In this document: positions 16,501-30,188 of the stretch, in pieces | Position numbering within the stretch: position 1 is the stretch's first letter | Layout: each line of letters begins with the position of its first letter | Assembly: GCA_048013815.1 (NCBI GenBank) | Contig: CM106585.1 | Coordinates: 14,198,001-14,262,000, forward strand | Origin: Setoptus koraiensis | Taxonomy: Eukaryota; Animalia; Arthropoda | Length of the DNA stretch: 64,000 nucleotides | Direction: 5' to 3' | The notes under the pieces: generated by a model | The model's database searches: none | Seen by the model: the letters and a program-made list of their open reading frames with translations, nothing else | What the model was told of the DNA's origin: nothing | Position numbers and translations under genes: made by a program

Positions 16501-16708
16501 TGCTAACTCATATCAAGAATATGAAGACATTGCAGTTAGACTAGGTTCCGACAGGGAATACTTAAAAGCTATCCGGGCCAAAGTGTGGCAAGCTAGAACC
16601 GATTCGCACCTATTTGACGTCAAGTCATATGTAAATAACCTAGAAGGCCTATTCTATCGCATGTGGAATAGGTACGTGGAGGATGACGAACCGGATCATT
16701 TAACATAG
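13505..16708 (+). CDS. OGT: O-GlcNAc transferase (OGT/sxc), 1067 aa, intronless
   Basis: LAELAHREY start, TPR array (AEAYSNLGN...), catalytic motifs [41 protein letters not shown]. Confidence 0.98.
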   Translation: MASLMGDGTMVNGTKRTRTLNDLNQAQQQADSGFHNLAELAHREYSSGDYDNAERHCMQLWRQDQTNTGVLLLLSSIHFQCRRLDKSAHFSSLAIKENPTLAEAYSNLGNVYKERGQLPEALENYKHAVRLKPDFIDGYINLAAALVAAGDMEQAVQAYVSALQYNPDLYCVRSDLGNLLKALGRLDEAKACYLKAIEACPTFAVAWSNLGCVFNAQGEIWLAIHHFEKAVALDPNFLDAYINLGNVLKEARIFDRASDAYLRALNLSQNNAVVNGNLACVYYEQGLIDMAIDTYRRAIELQPNFPDAYCNLANALKEKGRVFEAEDCYNTALKLCPTHADSLNNLANIKRERGYIDEATALYLKALDAFPEFAAAHSNLASVLQQQGNLSEAIFHYKEAIRISPTFADAYSNMGNTLKELGDVQGALQCYSRAIQINPSFADAHSNLASIHKDSGNVAEAISAYRTALKLKPDFPDAFCNLAHCLQIICDWGDYENRMRKLVMIVGEQLQRNRLPSVHPHHSMLYPLSHDYRKAIAARHASLCIEKVSVLHKAPFDFSEHRGQTPKRLRIGYVSSDFGNHPTSHLMQSVPGLHNREIVEIFCYALSPDDGTKFRSKIKKESDHFIDVSSISCNGKVADRIYNDKIHILVNMNGYTKGARNEIFALKPAPIQVMWLGYPGTSGASYMDYIITDRITSPLHLADQYSEKLAYMPETFFLGDHKQMFPHLIERVILSECGSIREETSIASDGSNKIDRIVAPPDNVSIVNATDLSPIIEKAEIKRIHEVSVVTQPNDSDISINHHVKTVAQFPTTLPVQAMISQGQIQTSVNGVVVQNGLATTQMNNKASTGEEAPNSIVVTSRQQYNLPESAVIYCNFNQLYKIDPVTLGVWVNILKRVPNSVLWLLRFPLIGEQNIIAAATKMGLSSGRLIFSNVAAKEEHVRRGQLADVCLDTPLCNGHTTGMDVVWAGTPMVTLPGETLASRVASSQLHCLGTPELIANSYQEYEDIAVRLGSDREYLKAIRAKVWQARTDSHLFDVKSYVNNLEGLFYRMWNRYVEDDEPDHLT

Positions 16709-17872
16709 ATATATATTTTTCTCTTTAAATTGTGGTTTATTATCATCAACTGTCTAATCAGATCATGACTGACTTATGATGATACAAATGAGATAACATA
16801 CTAATTTACCAGCGATAAGAAAACTAGCCGGATAATTTCCCAATTCAAGAGCCTAATTTTATACAGGTGGAATATATATGGAGGCGAGTTGTGTAAAGAT
16901 ACTATAAGAATCAACTAAAATCTATTTTTACTATTGATATCAACTAATATTGGCTGGGTAACCAGACAATCACCTAAAATATTAATTTTAGATCATGCAT
17001 TAAAGTTTCAGATGAAACTCAAACGACCTCAAATGTATATATCAGTGCTTCGCGCGACTAAAGTATCATCGATATCAACTTTTGCCGCATTTAGCATCAT
17101 CAATCAATAAAGCGAAAAACATCCATTCAATTGGCATGAATCTATTCCTACCATTCTTGTCCTAAGATTTTCAAATCTGACTGTCACAGAAACAAATATT
17201 TCCTTGTGAGAGTCTAGTAAATCAAAATCTCGGGGACTATGCTGATCGATAACAATAAATATCAGAGGTGATGTTTGTGATAGTGGAGTCAGACAATTTG
17301 TTTCTCAAGAGTGTAAATAATTTAGGAATTGTTTTTATTCTTTCTCTTGCAAGATCATCTAAAAAAACTATGCCCAGTATAAATGTAACTTTAAAGGTAA
17401 TCAAAGACTTCTTGAGAGCCGGCCCTGAATAACACACAGAGGTGAATGGTGCCCAATAATATCGGCTATTGATAGTTGATTGCATTTGCCCCTGTCATTA
17501 GTGTATTTACAAAGTATTTGCTAAGCCAGCGACATAATTGAAACAACATATTCTAAATTTAGTAGTAACAAAGTTATTTACATGAATACATAATTCTAAA
17601 CTGCTATCACTTTGATTTTGTAGTTCTATAATTGTACATTGGGAACATAATGATGAAGATGTCCAGGTCCATGGTCTGCCAGACCTACCTGCTTGTACAG
17701 TATAGTTGTTTTATATATTTTTGTTTATGTTGTCGTTGTTGTTGTTCTATTATAGACAGCAACTTTTCTTGCAAATAAGACAAGTACCATTCTTTTGTTT
17801 GATGCGATTTAGAGATGCTGTGAGCAGTGTCTTGAATGTATACTGCATAATTGTATGTCACTATTGTTAGTA

Positions 17873-20800
17873 TTAAACTTTCCTTTTAACTTTATATGAG
17901 ACTATGAAAAAAGTTAAAAATCTAGTAAATATTAACATAAATAGTAGCACGGCGAAACAATCAAACAATTGAGAATCTTTCAAATTATAGTCTATCATAG
18001 GGTATGGTACAACTTGATCGCATGATGTAATGTTACGTCCAAATGAATTGGCCTTGGCCAACGAGTCGATTAATTTAGTGAACAAGTCGGGCTGGTTATT
18101 GGAAGAAACGGCAGCACCACCTATATAATCATCAGTTGGATGAATTGGACTAGATGTGGTTGTTATAGCTGTCAAATTTGAGTAAACAACAGTACCATTA
18201 CTTGTGTTATTAGATAATAATGATGTTGAATTGTAGTTGTTGTTGAATAATGATAAACTGGTAGAATTATTATCCGATGTCAAATCGGTTGTGTTTGATG
18301 AAGCTAATAATGGCAAATTGTTGCTGTTTTGTTGTTGCTGTTGCTCGGCCTTGAAACTGCTCAGCCAATAATCCAGCATTGTTCTAGCGATTGGTGGTAG
18401 CTCTGGCACTGTCTGATTGAAAATAGCTGGATCACATTCACATTGATTGAAACCATAACGCGATATAAGACAAGCTTCGATGGCATACCTGAGGTAGGAT
18501 AGATTAGACAATGGACGCAAATAATATGGTATAGATTGGGTGCGTACTAGAAAGCCAGCAAATAGTATTATTGGTGTAGTTGCGGCAGGTGCAACAAAAA
18601 CAGCAGCTTTCATTTTGTCCATTAATATGGCACCGAATAGTAAACCCTGAGATTGAGCTATTAGTGAGCTCAATATTAATATAGCCGTAATGGACATAAA
18701 TCGCCATTGCAAGTATGAATAAGGTTGACCGGTTGCATAATAAGAGAGAGACATGGCCAAGAATGGTAAAGTTAATTGGAAGGGTATATCCGCCAAGGTG
18801 CGACCTAAAAAATACGATGATAAGCCGTACCAACCATTACGGAATTCTTTAACTAGAACGTGCATATCCAACGGAAATGTCAATACTGTTACTGTCATGG
18901 CGGCAAATATTATTCCATACAATTTAAAGAATATATAGCCTATATTCTCTAAAGTTGTTCGCAATTCCTCCTGCAAATTCAATGTTGAATCCTCTGGCTC
19001 TAAAGCGAATGTTATCAAATCCATCGGTCCCGCTCGTGGGCACGCATTCGGTTGGCCCACATTTGGTCCGTAGACCATACTAACCATTATGGGTATGATG
19101 ATATGCAAAAATAGTTGCATGCCACAAAGCATTGGATCGCGAACTATCGATAACCAGGAGCGATGAAAGTGCAGATAGGTATGCCGCCAGAAGGGAAACT
19201 TTTGATCCGCTTTCAAGCTGTTCAACTTGAGCCTCTTGCTGCCATTGTCGGACGTCTTGTTTGCTCCCCTGGAATTTTTCTTTTTGTTACGCTTGCCGTC
19301 GTGGTCACCCCCTCTACCTCCCCGGTAAGGATCTTGACCGCCACCTTGTGCAACAATTGAACTAGTGTGTAGTTGGCTCGGGTCAACAATAACAACGTTA
19401 CTCAAGGAATTGTGGTCCTTCTCGTAATCAGGCTGGAAAGCCCTGTTGACAATACCATGGCCATTCGCATTTATTCCTTTGATATCATCACTCTCTATGT
19501 TATTATTGTCGTCCTGATTAAATTTACCAACTCTAATACCATCATTAACCTTGTTCTTTCTATCCTTCTTTTTGTCCTTCTTACTATCTTTCCTTCTCTC
19601 GCCCTCGTCACCTTCGTCGTCGCTACTATTTTCCGACTGTTCCGATTCAAAACAATCCATATCATTGCTAGCTGAATCATTATAATGACTATTCCTATTG
19701 TATTGTTTCTTTTGTATCTTGTTCAATTTGGCTATCGAATCATAACCAAATTTGCCTGCTGCTATCTCAACTATCATCGTAGCTGGATTGTAATTGACAC
19801 TGGGCATATTCAAGCCAATTTTTTGTATCACTGAGACAATACCCGAAGGTGGACCTTCATAAATAGATTTGCCACCTTGTGCCACCACATAAACGTGATT
19901 AAATTGTTGGAAGACATCACTGTTTGGTTGATGTATAGTTAAAATAATTGCTATCTGATTATTAGTTAGCTGTCTGTTGTCAGCTAAACGGCGCAATACC
20001 TGTACAGTTTGATAGCATGTCATGGCATCCAGACCGGATGTTGGCTCATCAAGTATGAGTATATCGGGATTTGAGAGAAGCTCTTGAGCTATCGATACAC
20101 GTTTATATTGTCCACCAGACAATTTATTAATGCGTGTAGATAGGCAACTGAGAAGACCTAACTGTTGCGACACCCGCTCGATGTTCGACTTGTGATCAAA
20201 TTTTCTATCGAAACAATTCTTCATTTTGCTGGCATAACTCAGTGTTTCATACACTGTCAAATGACCAATAAGATGATCATTTTGGGGTATGATTGACACT
20301 TTGAGATTATTGTTGGATCTATTGGACTCATTGATGTTGCGTTTATGATGACCTGTTGCGTGGGCAGTCGGTAGTCTCTGTTGATCTTGCAAATGCTTCT
20401 GATCGAGCGAGATAAATTTTCCATTACTACTATGACAACACAGCTCATCATTAGACGACGATTGAGTTGATGACGAACGTATTTTAATCGAACCGCTCAG
20501 TCCTTGTTTCCTATGACCGGTCAAGCAATCGAGGAGTGTTGTTTTGCCGGCACCTAGATAATGTACGAAAATTGTTGAATAATATAAAACAGTTCTTCGG
20601 TTATTATAATTATTATTTGGCGGTAGATATTATTAGAGAGGCGTTGTCGGCAGCATGACGTTTCTTCTCATTATGACGGCTATACTACAGTCAATCAAAG
20701 CATGTTGAACGCTATGTTTATGGTCATGGTATGCTAATTGTTGGTGATCACGGTATAGATTCGAATCAGTATCGACAGACAACTCCACAGAGGAAACAAC

Positions 20801-21940
20801 TCAGATAACTCTAGTTATAAACATAAAATATATAGTAATTATATTCTGTTCATAATATTAACTAATAGCTCATCAATGCATCCAATTCATAGATTAAAGG
20901 ATGTCGGGGATAGAGAGTAAATCGCTGCTTGGACATCATAGATCAACAACTAGTAAAAACCTTACAAATCGCTCTTTGTTTTCTATGACCAATTGCAATC
21001 TACTATATTGAATGAGCGCGATAAATTGCCTTGTGGTTGTGTCTATTGTTGTTATTGTGTAATGGTAACATGTCGTTAACATTAGAACCAGTTATTTCAT
21101 GTTACAAACGCGCGCGCACACACACACACACATAAGCTTTAATCGGCTGACGACATTGACATTCGCCTAGCTTGACCATTATCTTGGAAGCTAAAGCAAT
21201 AATAATAATAGACGATAACAATGCAGCAATAGATGGTAGTGCTGAATTGAATGTAAAATAAAAACATAACTAACTGACCAGAGAACATGGCAAAGTGAAC
21301 AATAGGAAGTTCGCTGCACTCGTGCAATCCAATTGCTACCAACAATCACTTTCTACTGCGAATGAAATATACAATCAATCATCGATACTAATACACATCT
21401 AATCTTGTTCGGCACTTTCACTCTCCCAGACATTTGTCTTCTTTCATGACCATCAGGGCAAAACAATCTGTTCTGATGGCTTGTTTCCATGACCAACAAA
21501 ACAACAGTTGTCAATTTCAAGCTAATTTTACGTAATTCTGACCATTCGAGCGAGCTTCACGTAAAAATAGATCTGATTGTAGTGAAAGCCGCCAACCTAT
21601 GATTGAACATAAAGTTGAAAGACTTTTTTCACCAAATTCACTTTAGAACTTCCATCGATCAATTCATTGGGTGGTGTCACACCATCGCTGACATAGTGCA
21701 AGGCATTTGAGCTTTGTTTAGATTGTCTTTGACTTCTGTTTCCAAGTGATTTGAACTTGAGGAGACAAGAATAAACAGTTGTCCGAAACGTTGTAAGACT
21801 GTTGTGACTATTTGTTAAAGTTGAGAGTCAACTAAAATTTTAGCCTTGAAGATATTGTTTGACCTCTACTGTGTACCTTTTGCATTTTGAAACATTGAAC
21901 TATACAATGAATCGAATATCCAGCATGTCTTCCTCTGTCG

Positions 21941-21976
<36 letters not shown>

Positions 21977-24900
21977 TTTATTCCTCCATCAGTGATAGTT
22001 CAGCTATTCATGCGAAGAGTAATAAAATTAATCCAGTGTCGTCGTTAAACTATACCTAATCAACTCGAGTGCGTATGCATTTCTTCCACAGCCATGTGAC
22101 TGTCGTTGGATCACACAGTCAATGCTATCTTGCCTTTCTTCAGCTCAAACTCAAACTTTCTGCGTGCTTTCTTGTATTTTAGAATTTTATCAATGAATCT
22201 GTCTTGTGACTTGTATAATTGGTGTGCTGCCAATCGAGTCACAAAATCAGCCATGTCACAGTTGTCTCAGTTGACCAGCTGTCGGCAGCTAGTCGAGAGA
22301 GCGAGAGAGTTCATTGTTTTTCTTTGGTCTACCAATGAGCTATCCTTGTTGTGTCTGGCTATGTGTTTCGTCAATCAATTGATCCACAACGTTCGCCATG
22401 ATGGCATGTCCATCACGTTCTCCTTTTTTACTGGCCACCACTGACCACCATTTCATTTTATTCATTCACTTATGATAATCCCGCGCTGTCGTTCGTTTGT
22501 CACTAAGCAAATCAATTATTGTTGTTAGTGAGGTTTCCTGTTCAACAAGCTTCATGTTCGTACACACACACACACGCACACACACACACACACACACACA
22601 TGCATACATGCATTAAACTGACTAAACAGACGAGAAGGTCCCCGCTACTACGTATGAATATGGTAACAAGTGGTTTCTCTTTGTTTCGGCTTAGCTCATT
22701 CAATGTCGCCAGTGTCTCTACAGTGCGAATACATTGCAAGCCAAGTTCAACGACCCTCTGGTTCTGACGAAAAGCATTGATTTAGATTTGTTTTAGACAA
22801 AGCGCTCTCGACAGCGCACAGGATTGCATTAAAAATAGTCTTGCTTCACGTTGCTTCGCGTCCAGGTGAGCGCAATCAGAATTGCTTTTGATTTGATTTG
22901 CAAGTCGCTAGTCGATGAGCTATTTAGGTCAAGAATTGTTGCTGTTGATGTGTGACGCGCATGAGAGGTGATTTGTTTGACCGCTATCCTACTTTCGCTT
23001 TCCGTTGTCTCTTCACGAAGGCCCGCTACCGAATTAAATTAATATTCTAACAGTTCCGACACTCTGTGACCGACATCTGATTGATAACAATCGAGCAATC
23101 AATACCGCGCAAGCTGCTTGCTGTAATAACAACAATAATCCAATGATGGCGGTAATAATAATAGCAGTAATAATAATAATAATAGTAATAATAATAATAA
23201 TACTATATCTCTATAATATGTTATGTTTCTTCTACAATTTGACCTGATTTAATTCGCTTCGAGCGAGAAATGCTCTCTCGTTGGTGGCGAACCCCGTGCA
23301 ACAGTTTTCATCTGCGCAAGCTCATGAGTGGCCACCATACTGTTGCATGGCTAATTGGCGGTTAGTTGAGGCCACAAGCGTGCCTGGTCACACTCGCTCA
23401 GAATCAGCGAGCATGCGCGAAAACCTCAACCATTGTTACCGGATCAATGAGAACCGGATCAGTTGTGAAATCGAATAATGATCGCTGCCACAGAGAGAAA
23501 GAGAGGCAAGGGTTTAATTGGACTCAGCTCACTAAAACTCAGCACGAGCGCGAGACTCGGGGCTCAGACTTACAAGTTAAGTCCAGCGGCTGTGTTGGCC
23601 CAAAGTGCAGCTAGCATTTTTTTTTCGCTATATGCGCGCAACACCAACACATTATGCAAGATATGATTAGGTGAGCGCGATATTTGAACTAATCCACAAT
23701 GAAAACTTTTCTCCGGAAATAAAACTAACTGTTATTTCATGCTCGGCTTCAATCGATCCAAGCGAACCAATGCAATGCATTTGTTTGATAGTGATAATCT
23801 ATTGAAAGCTATACAACATCGTGCACCACTACTTACCGCTCGGCCCAAGAATGGCGGTGAGCTCGCCAGATTTGAAGCAACCATCGAGACTGTCCAGCAC
23901 CACTTTTGTTTGCTTTAAATTCTTGATTAATAGGCTGCTTTTAAGAATCGAAGCCGACGATGTTGTTGTATTGGTACTGTTATTGATATTATAGTTGTTG
24001 CTCTCTAGATTACTGACCGAATCAACGGGTGGCAACGGGTTAATAGAAGCAGCGCTGTTGCCAGTGTTGTTGCTGTTTTGTAACGAGTCGCATTTTTTGT
24101 TTGACGATGATGAATAATGATGCCACTTGGGTTGTATAACGAAGCTCAAATCGCGCCACGTCACTGTGAAAAAACGTTCCACTTTGTCGCCATCATCCGA
24201 CAGATATTTTGTCTTATCCATCTCGGTATCATTGAGACAATTTACATTGGCGTCAATTTGTGACGAGTCCTTGATGTTTAATTTAGATATTTTCTGGCTC
24301 TTACAGGCGTCCAATACAACCGTTTGTTCATGATGTTGCACTTGTTGTTCAAAGTGCTGCTGTCGCGGCTGTTCACCTATGTCCTTGTGGATGCCCGACA
24401 CAACCAGTTGATGATTATTAATGGGTTTCGTTGCTGCTGCCGTTGTTGTGTCTAGCTGGCTGCTGCGATAATCTGCAGACAAATCGATGTTGTTGCCGTA
24501 ATTCTGTACCGCACTGGCATTCTGCAGGAGCATGTCGTCTTGTTGTCGGGCCTCACTACCTTTGATGTGATCAAATTGATTGTTGTTATCCATCATAGTG
24601 GTGTCTTTATTACAAGCAACCTTCACACAATAGGCCTGGTGAATATTGCCACTAATAGATGCCTGTCTCTGATGTCTAGTAGCGTTAACCGGATGTGATG
24701 ATGATAGCTTGTTGTTGACATTTACACCAAATTCATCACTGCCATTCCTTGTTGTTGCAAAGTTCCGTTGCTGTTGCTGCTGGACGAGATCACTATTTTG
24801 TTGATGATTAATGGAACGGTTTTTTGAGGGCGACACAACAACAACATTCTGATTGTTAGAATATCCATTACCGACGGATCCACTATTAATATCTTGGCTT

Positions 24901-25361
24901 GAATTAGTAGTGGTCGGCGCTATTGATAACATGGAGCAGTTATCTGGCAACGAGCCCGATGACAGATCTACGACGGAATCTTCATTGATTGAAGTGGTAG
25001 ACAACTTGTGAGGTTTCGGCGGAGTAGGTGGCTTGTGATGATTGTGGTGCACAATTGTTGCTGTTGTTTGCTTGTTTGCGAGACGCCTATCATTTGATAA
25101 ATCACTACCACTATTATTATTGTGACGATTATGATGATTGTTATGAGTATTATTAAGATTATTATTACTATGGCCACTGTGGATGGTGTCGTAATTATTA
25201 TTAGCTGCTGTCGTATGGGAGTGAGGTGATTTTTTATTATTATTATTGGGCGAGCTGACAGAGATGGGTGTTTGCGTGGACAACGGAGAGGATAACGCAA
25301 ACTCTTGATCGTGGCTCTTGTTGTCTTCTGACATGAGCTTGAAATTCACTAGAGACACCAT
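17873..25361 (-). CDS. ABCG (white-like) half transporter, about 1400 aa; exons 25361-23837 and 20553-17873, 3283-bp intron inside Walker A
   Basis: Splicing GTAAGT (23836) to TAG (20554) rebuilds GPSG/AGKTTLL; signature LSGGQYKRVSIA, Walker B ILILDEPTSGLD, H-loop TIHQP, ABC2 TMD with KEFRNGWY. Start codon uncertain (25361 or 25334). Confidence 0.9.
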
Positions 25362-26514
25362 GGTGATTATTGGATGATAGTGCTTGAGCCTACCATCCAC
25401 TACTCTTATGAATTCTTCTTTATTCTTCTTCAACTATTGTTATTTCTACAACTGTTATCACCGCTACTGCTACTTTTACTACTACTGCTACCTGTTGCTA
25501 CAGGGTGCTTATTACACAGTGTCGCGAACAATGTTGCATCAAGGGTGTGTGTGTCGGTTGATTGGTTTTACTGCTTGTCTTGCTGCTGCTGTAACGGCTA
25601 TGATGCGCTTATTATTATGCGACACATTATGCCTCTATCTGGTTGTGCACTGATACTTTGTTGTGGCGCGAATGTCACTGTCTACTAACCTACATTCTTA
25701 ACTTTAACGGCGTGTTATGTAACGTTATATTGCATTGCTGCTCGCTGATTATGCTTGTTACACATGAGCTACGTCTGGAGAAATAGCAATCGCCAACATA
25801 AGCTAACAACAGAGAAGATAACGTTTGCGTTATGGCTGATTATGCTGAATGTGGGAGTTGTCGATTGGCTATTATTTGACAATTTGTTGATTCATTAAGG
25901 ATTTTACAACAACAACAACGACAACAACGACAACAAATACCGGTGTGTGTGTGTGTGTGTGCTTGTGCCAGCGCAAGCCAGTGAGTAAATATTTGCAAGC
26001 ACGAGCTTAGCCACTGATGATAGCAAAGGCAATATTGGTATTAGTTAGGCAGTGCGAGCGCCGTTAGAGACAAGATCAAGGCACAGCTTCTTCTGTGCCT
26101 TCGATTGGCTTCTCTGATGGCGCTTTGATGGCTACGAGCCAGGTGAGCTGGCCATTTTTCTTCGTGATTGATGTGGGCCAGCACTGTCTGCCCCTAAGAA
26201 AGAGAGAGCACAATTCGGATTAACAGTTCGGAACGTATAACGGACCGACAAGCCATTTATACGTTCCTCTCGAACTCGCTCTCGCTCTCTCACTATCCCG
26301 TTGAACACTTCCCACTTGCTTGGGCACTCTAGTTTCCACGATATATACGCATGCAACGATTAACGATAACTTAAGCAGCATAAGTGAGTGTGTTTACAAC
26401 AGAACAGTATAGTTGTTGGCGCGCTTTGAAAGCCCATGAGCGCAAAGTTATGTAACAGGTTGCCCGACAGTCGTCTGTCTGTCTAGCTGGCTCAGTTGCA
26501 ACATCGCTGTTATG

Positions 26515-26580
26515 TCGGCCAGTCAGCCAGTTAGCCGGCCAGCCAGTCAGTTAGCCGGCCAGCCAGTCAGTTAGTCGGAC
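26515..26580. repeat. 20-bp GC-rich tandem repeat (GGCCAGCCAGTCAGTTAGCC) x about 3
   Basis: Directly visible in sequence. Confidence 0.85.
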
Positions 26581-27850
26581 GAGCTGACATTAGGCAATGG
26601 GATAAAGCTCGCGCAACGGGCGGGAATTAGCTCATGTATGAGTACGCCCAGCGCGCGATCAAAATTGAGTATTCTCTTTCTCTCGCTAACAACTCGCTTA
26701 TGATATTTGGCTGGATACATGACTGACTGGCGGTTCCTGCGCCGCGATTCATGCTAAGCCGACTACGATGCAAAAAGATATCGCGGGGGAAGGCATCTAA
26801 TAAAAGAGAGCGCAAAGAAAGAGAAAGTCATTACAATAATAGTTATAACTAATGATAATTCAATCTTCATCTCCCTTACTCTTCATGCTAAGCATTCCAC
26901 TATTCCGCAACCAATGAGAGAGCGAGACAGCGAAAGCCGCTGCTCATTTTTGAAACGGCAACTCGCTCAATGGACGCCAGACAGCGGATGATGATGATAT
27001 TAGGTCTCGGAAAACCTTCTTGCCCCCATCTGCCTGCTTTCACTATGGCTCGTCTTGTTGTTTATTTCTCCTAAGTTGCTTGCCCGCTGCCCGCTGCCGG
27101 CCAGCCAGCCGGCCGAGTGGCGGCCGGCCAATTGTAGTGGACAGACAACATTAGCCAATTATAAACTATAAAACTCTGGCCAAACTCCGGCCAGCCGGCC
27201 GTTCGTCCGGCTGTCTCACTGTCTGGCTGGCACACCGACTGCTGCTGCTTAAGTGTATCGGCCGAAGAGCTTCCACCGTCGGATCCTTTCCTCATCACCA
27301 CCACCACCTTCACAACCAACACCGTTACCGTCGTCACCATAAGCGGCAGTGGTGGTTGGTATTTAGATACACACAAAATTCTCTGTTGCCTCCGCTGCTG
27401 TTGTTATTATTATGTAACCATCTCTCTCGCTCTCTCATTATATAACTTCTTCTTTGCTCTCTCTCTCTCCTTGGGACCGAGATGAATGAGAGATACAGGC
27501 AACAGCCGATGGCCTGGCCAGTTGCCTGGCGATGTGAGCCAATGTGTTTAATATTAATTTCAATATTAATCCGTATCAAATCATCAGGCGCTTTCGATTC
27601 TTTCGCTGCTGTCCTCTTCTCTCAATCTCCACCTTAGCGCTAATCAGTTGCTGCGGCCCTTTAGCTGTAAAATGGAAAAGAGAGAGAGAGAGAGAGACAC
27701 ACACACACAAACAGATACACAGTTGGTAAGTGGAGAGAAGCCGTCGGGCAACACAAGCGAAAGTTTAAGGGAACAAGTTTGGCCAGCTTTTTATCACTTA
27801 TTCTTCTTCTTTCGTTACTCGACTCGGGCTTTACTACAGTTCGTTTCAGC

Positions 27851-27904
<54 letters not shown>

Positions 27905-29309
27905 CTTCAGAAAGCTCGCCATCATAGTAGAGCAACCGTTACATCGACAGACCCACCGAGTCTGGCAAGATTGGCAAGAGTGATGATTTCTGCAGCTCGC
28001 CACAACAACGACAATGATGTAGTATTCTGGTCGCTCATATATGGATGAGCATCTCGCTCACACTACCTGTTAACTGTTTGCTAACTACAATTTGCAATCA
28101 GTCAGCACAGATCTAGTCGGCCGGCCAGCCAGAGAACACTAGCCAGAGTTGATGCCTCTTGATACTCGCTCACATGTACAATGTAATCTAAAGTCAGTTC
28201 ATTGTCGGCGGTGCAGTTCGCTCAGCGTGCCTGCCCATCTTTTTGTTAGTCTGTCTCTTCTTGCTGCTGCTGTTGTTGTCTGGTATCTTTCATTAGTGAT
28301 AGATTACATAAGATTTACACCAACAGCTTCAAACATAACAACCACATCAACAACAGCGCAACCGAAACCTGCCTTCCAAGCGAATCTCTTGATAACATGC
28401 AATAGAAACAAATTTCGTTCTGATAAATGGCCATAGGTGGGACTTAAATGAGGAAGCGAAAGAAGTGAGAATGAGAGTGAGAGCGAGAGCCGCTTTGAGA
28501 GTGCCCTGCAAATGAAAGCGAGAAAGCTCCAGCTTCGCTACACGGCGACTAACGGAACCAAATGAAATGGACGCAGGATGCTAACTAAAAACTGGCGAAA
28601 GCAACTGGACGGAAGAATTCTTGTTGTTCGCATATAACCGAACATCACAGTTGGGCTAATATGCGAATTGGCCCTGATGTTGGCTCTTTCTCTCGCTGGC
28701 TCTCGCTTCTGCAATCCATTACGCTCATTCAAAGCCATTCCCCGTTCTCGATGTTGATCACGACGACTCGGTCCGATCTGATTGTTGATTGACCACAAGC
28801 ACGATCAACGATCTGCCACCGGTCAGCGGACGGCCAAGAATGTCAGAGGATAACGTCAGAGAAGATAACGGGCAGCATCGAAAAATATTTGGCCAAAGGA
28901 TGTGCGAGAGAATGTAGAAAGAAATCGTGATGGATCCTGTTGCAATAGACGTGGTTGGGATAGACCAAATTGCGGTGTTCAATTCGTGTCTGTATTGCGC
29001 TTTGTAACAGCATAATCAACATGCCGACAGCGACAACAACTGTTGATGTATGAAATAATGTGGAAAATGTCTCATGCAACAGACTCGCCAATAATAATAA
29101 CAATAATAATGATAACAATAATAGTAATATCAAAAATGACTCCGTTGACCCTGCTGTTACGAATTCTGATTCTAACTCAGTTATTTATTGATTGTTCATT
29201 CATTTGGTTCAACTATGGCTTAGTAGGTTCGTTGTTTTTCTTGTTGCATTGGCCAGACTATTCGGTTACTGTGGTTATTCAGTTTATATTAAGACTTTTG
29301 ATCACTCAT

Positions 29310-30188
29310 TCATTTATGTCTCGGGCTTGATTTGAGCTCGCGCTGTCTAATGCCCAGTTTCTGGCGTTCATTCTTCCACCAGTTTCTCAGGGCCTTGGCT
29401 GTGACTTGGGTCCTGTTACTTTAATATTTACAATAATTGATTTGACATTGACAAAGAGTTACGAAAGATATAGAAGATGAGATAGAGAGGTGAGCAGAGA
29501 ACGTTAGCCGATGATATATTATGGTCGTTCATCAATTTTTACTAAACTTGTACATCTTGTTGTTGTTGAAGCTGTTAATGTTGAAACTTGACTTACCTGT
29601 CCTTCCTCATAGGGTCTTCGTTTAATAACTGACTATAGTATTCTAGCATCTCGTCACTAGGTTTTGAGTTGTCGGCAAACCAACTCTTTAGTCGGGGTAT
29701 CTCTCTTGATTTGTCGAATACCAGCCTGGAGCCTCCGCCTCCAACGCCACCCCCGCTTGTGGCTTCGTTTATAAGACTGGCTTGTTGTGCCTCGGCTGGA
29801 CGAAACAAGCCAACGCAATGACAAACAAGATGGTTAATTGGATCGTTCAATTAGCAGTATGAGGAGGGAGAGAGAGAGGAGACGGGACAAGAGAGAATAA
29901 ACAAGTCAGTCAAGTTTGATTAATCTACAGATTGAGTGGTGTTTTAGTTGCTAATGAAGGCCGCCCTGCTGTAACTTACCTGATCTTATGTAATTTGTGT
30001 ACCATAGTCCAAACTCGGCGCACTTCCGTTTGCCCAGTTTTTTACCGCCTCGCACAATGGAGGAAATGAGCGGTTGAGATATGTTGCATAGTTTAGCCAA
30101 GGCTAGTTGGCTCATCGATTGCGTTAACGCTAATACTACCTGTCTGACCATTGTCTCAGTCCATTCGGTGGGCAGTTGTGACACGGAG
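29310..30188 (-). CDS. CUT-like domain + homeodomain module of dve/SATB type (exons 30188-29980, 29795-29597, 29412-29310); alternative 3' end of the dve gene or separate gene
   Basis: CUTL-like LPTEWTETMVRQVVLALTQSMSQLALAKLCNISQPLISSIV; homeodomain RLVFDKSREIPRLKSWFADNSKP...LNEDPMRKDR/TQVTAKALRNWWKNERQK; GTAAGT donors at 29979 and 29596 and CAG acceptors keep frame. Confidence 0.75.

Noticed and set aside
17237-17485. 82-aa ORF between OGT and ABCG
   Set aside because: No motif, no splice or homology support; sits in convergent 3' UTR space.
28843-29133. RIEHRNLVY resembling the homeodomain segment LEGRNLVF
   Set aside because: Not followed by WF.N, no good acceptor; the true final exon was found at 29412-29310.
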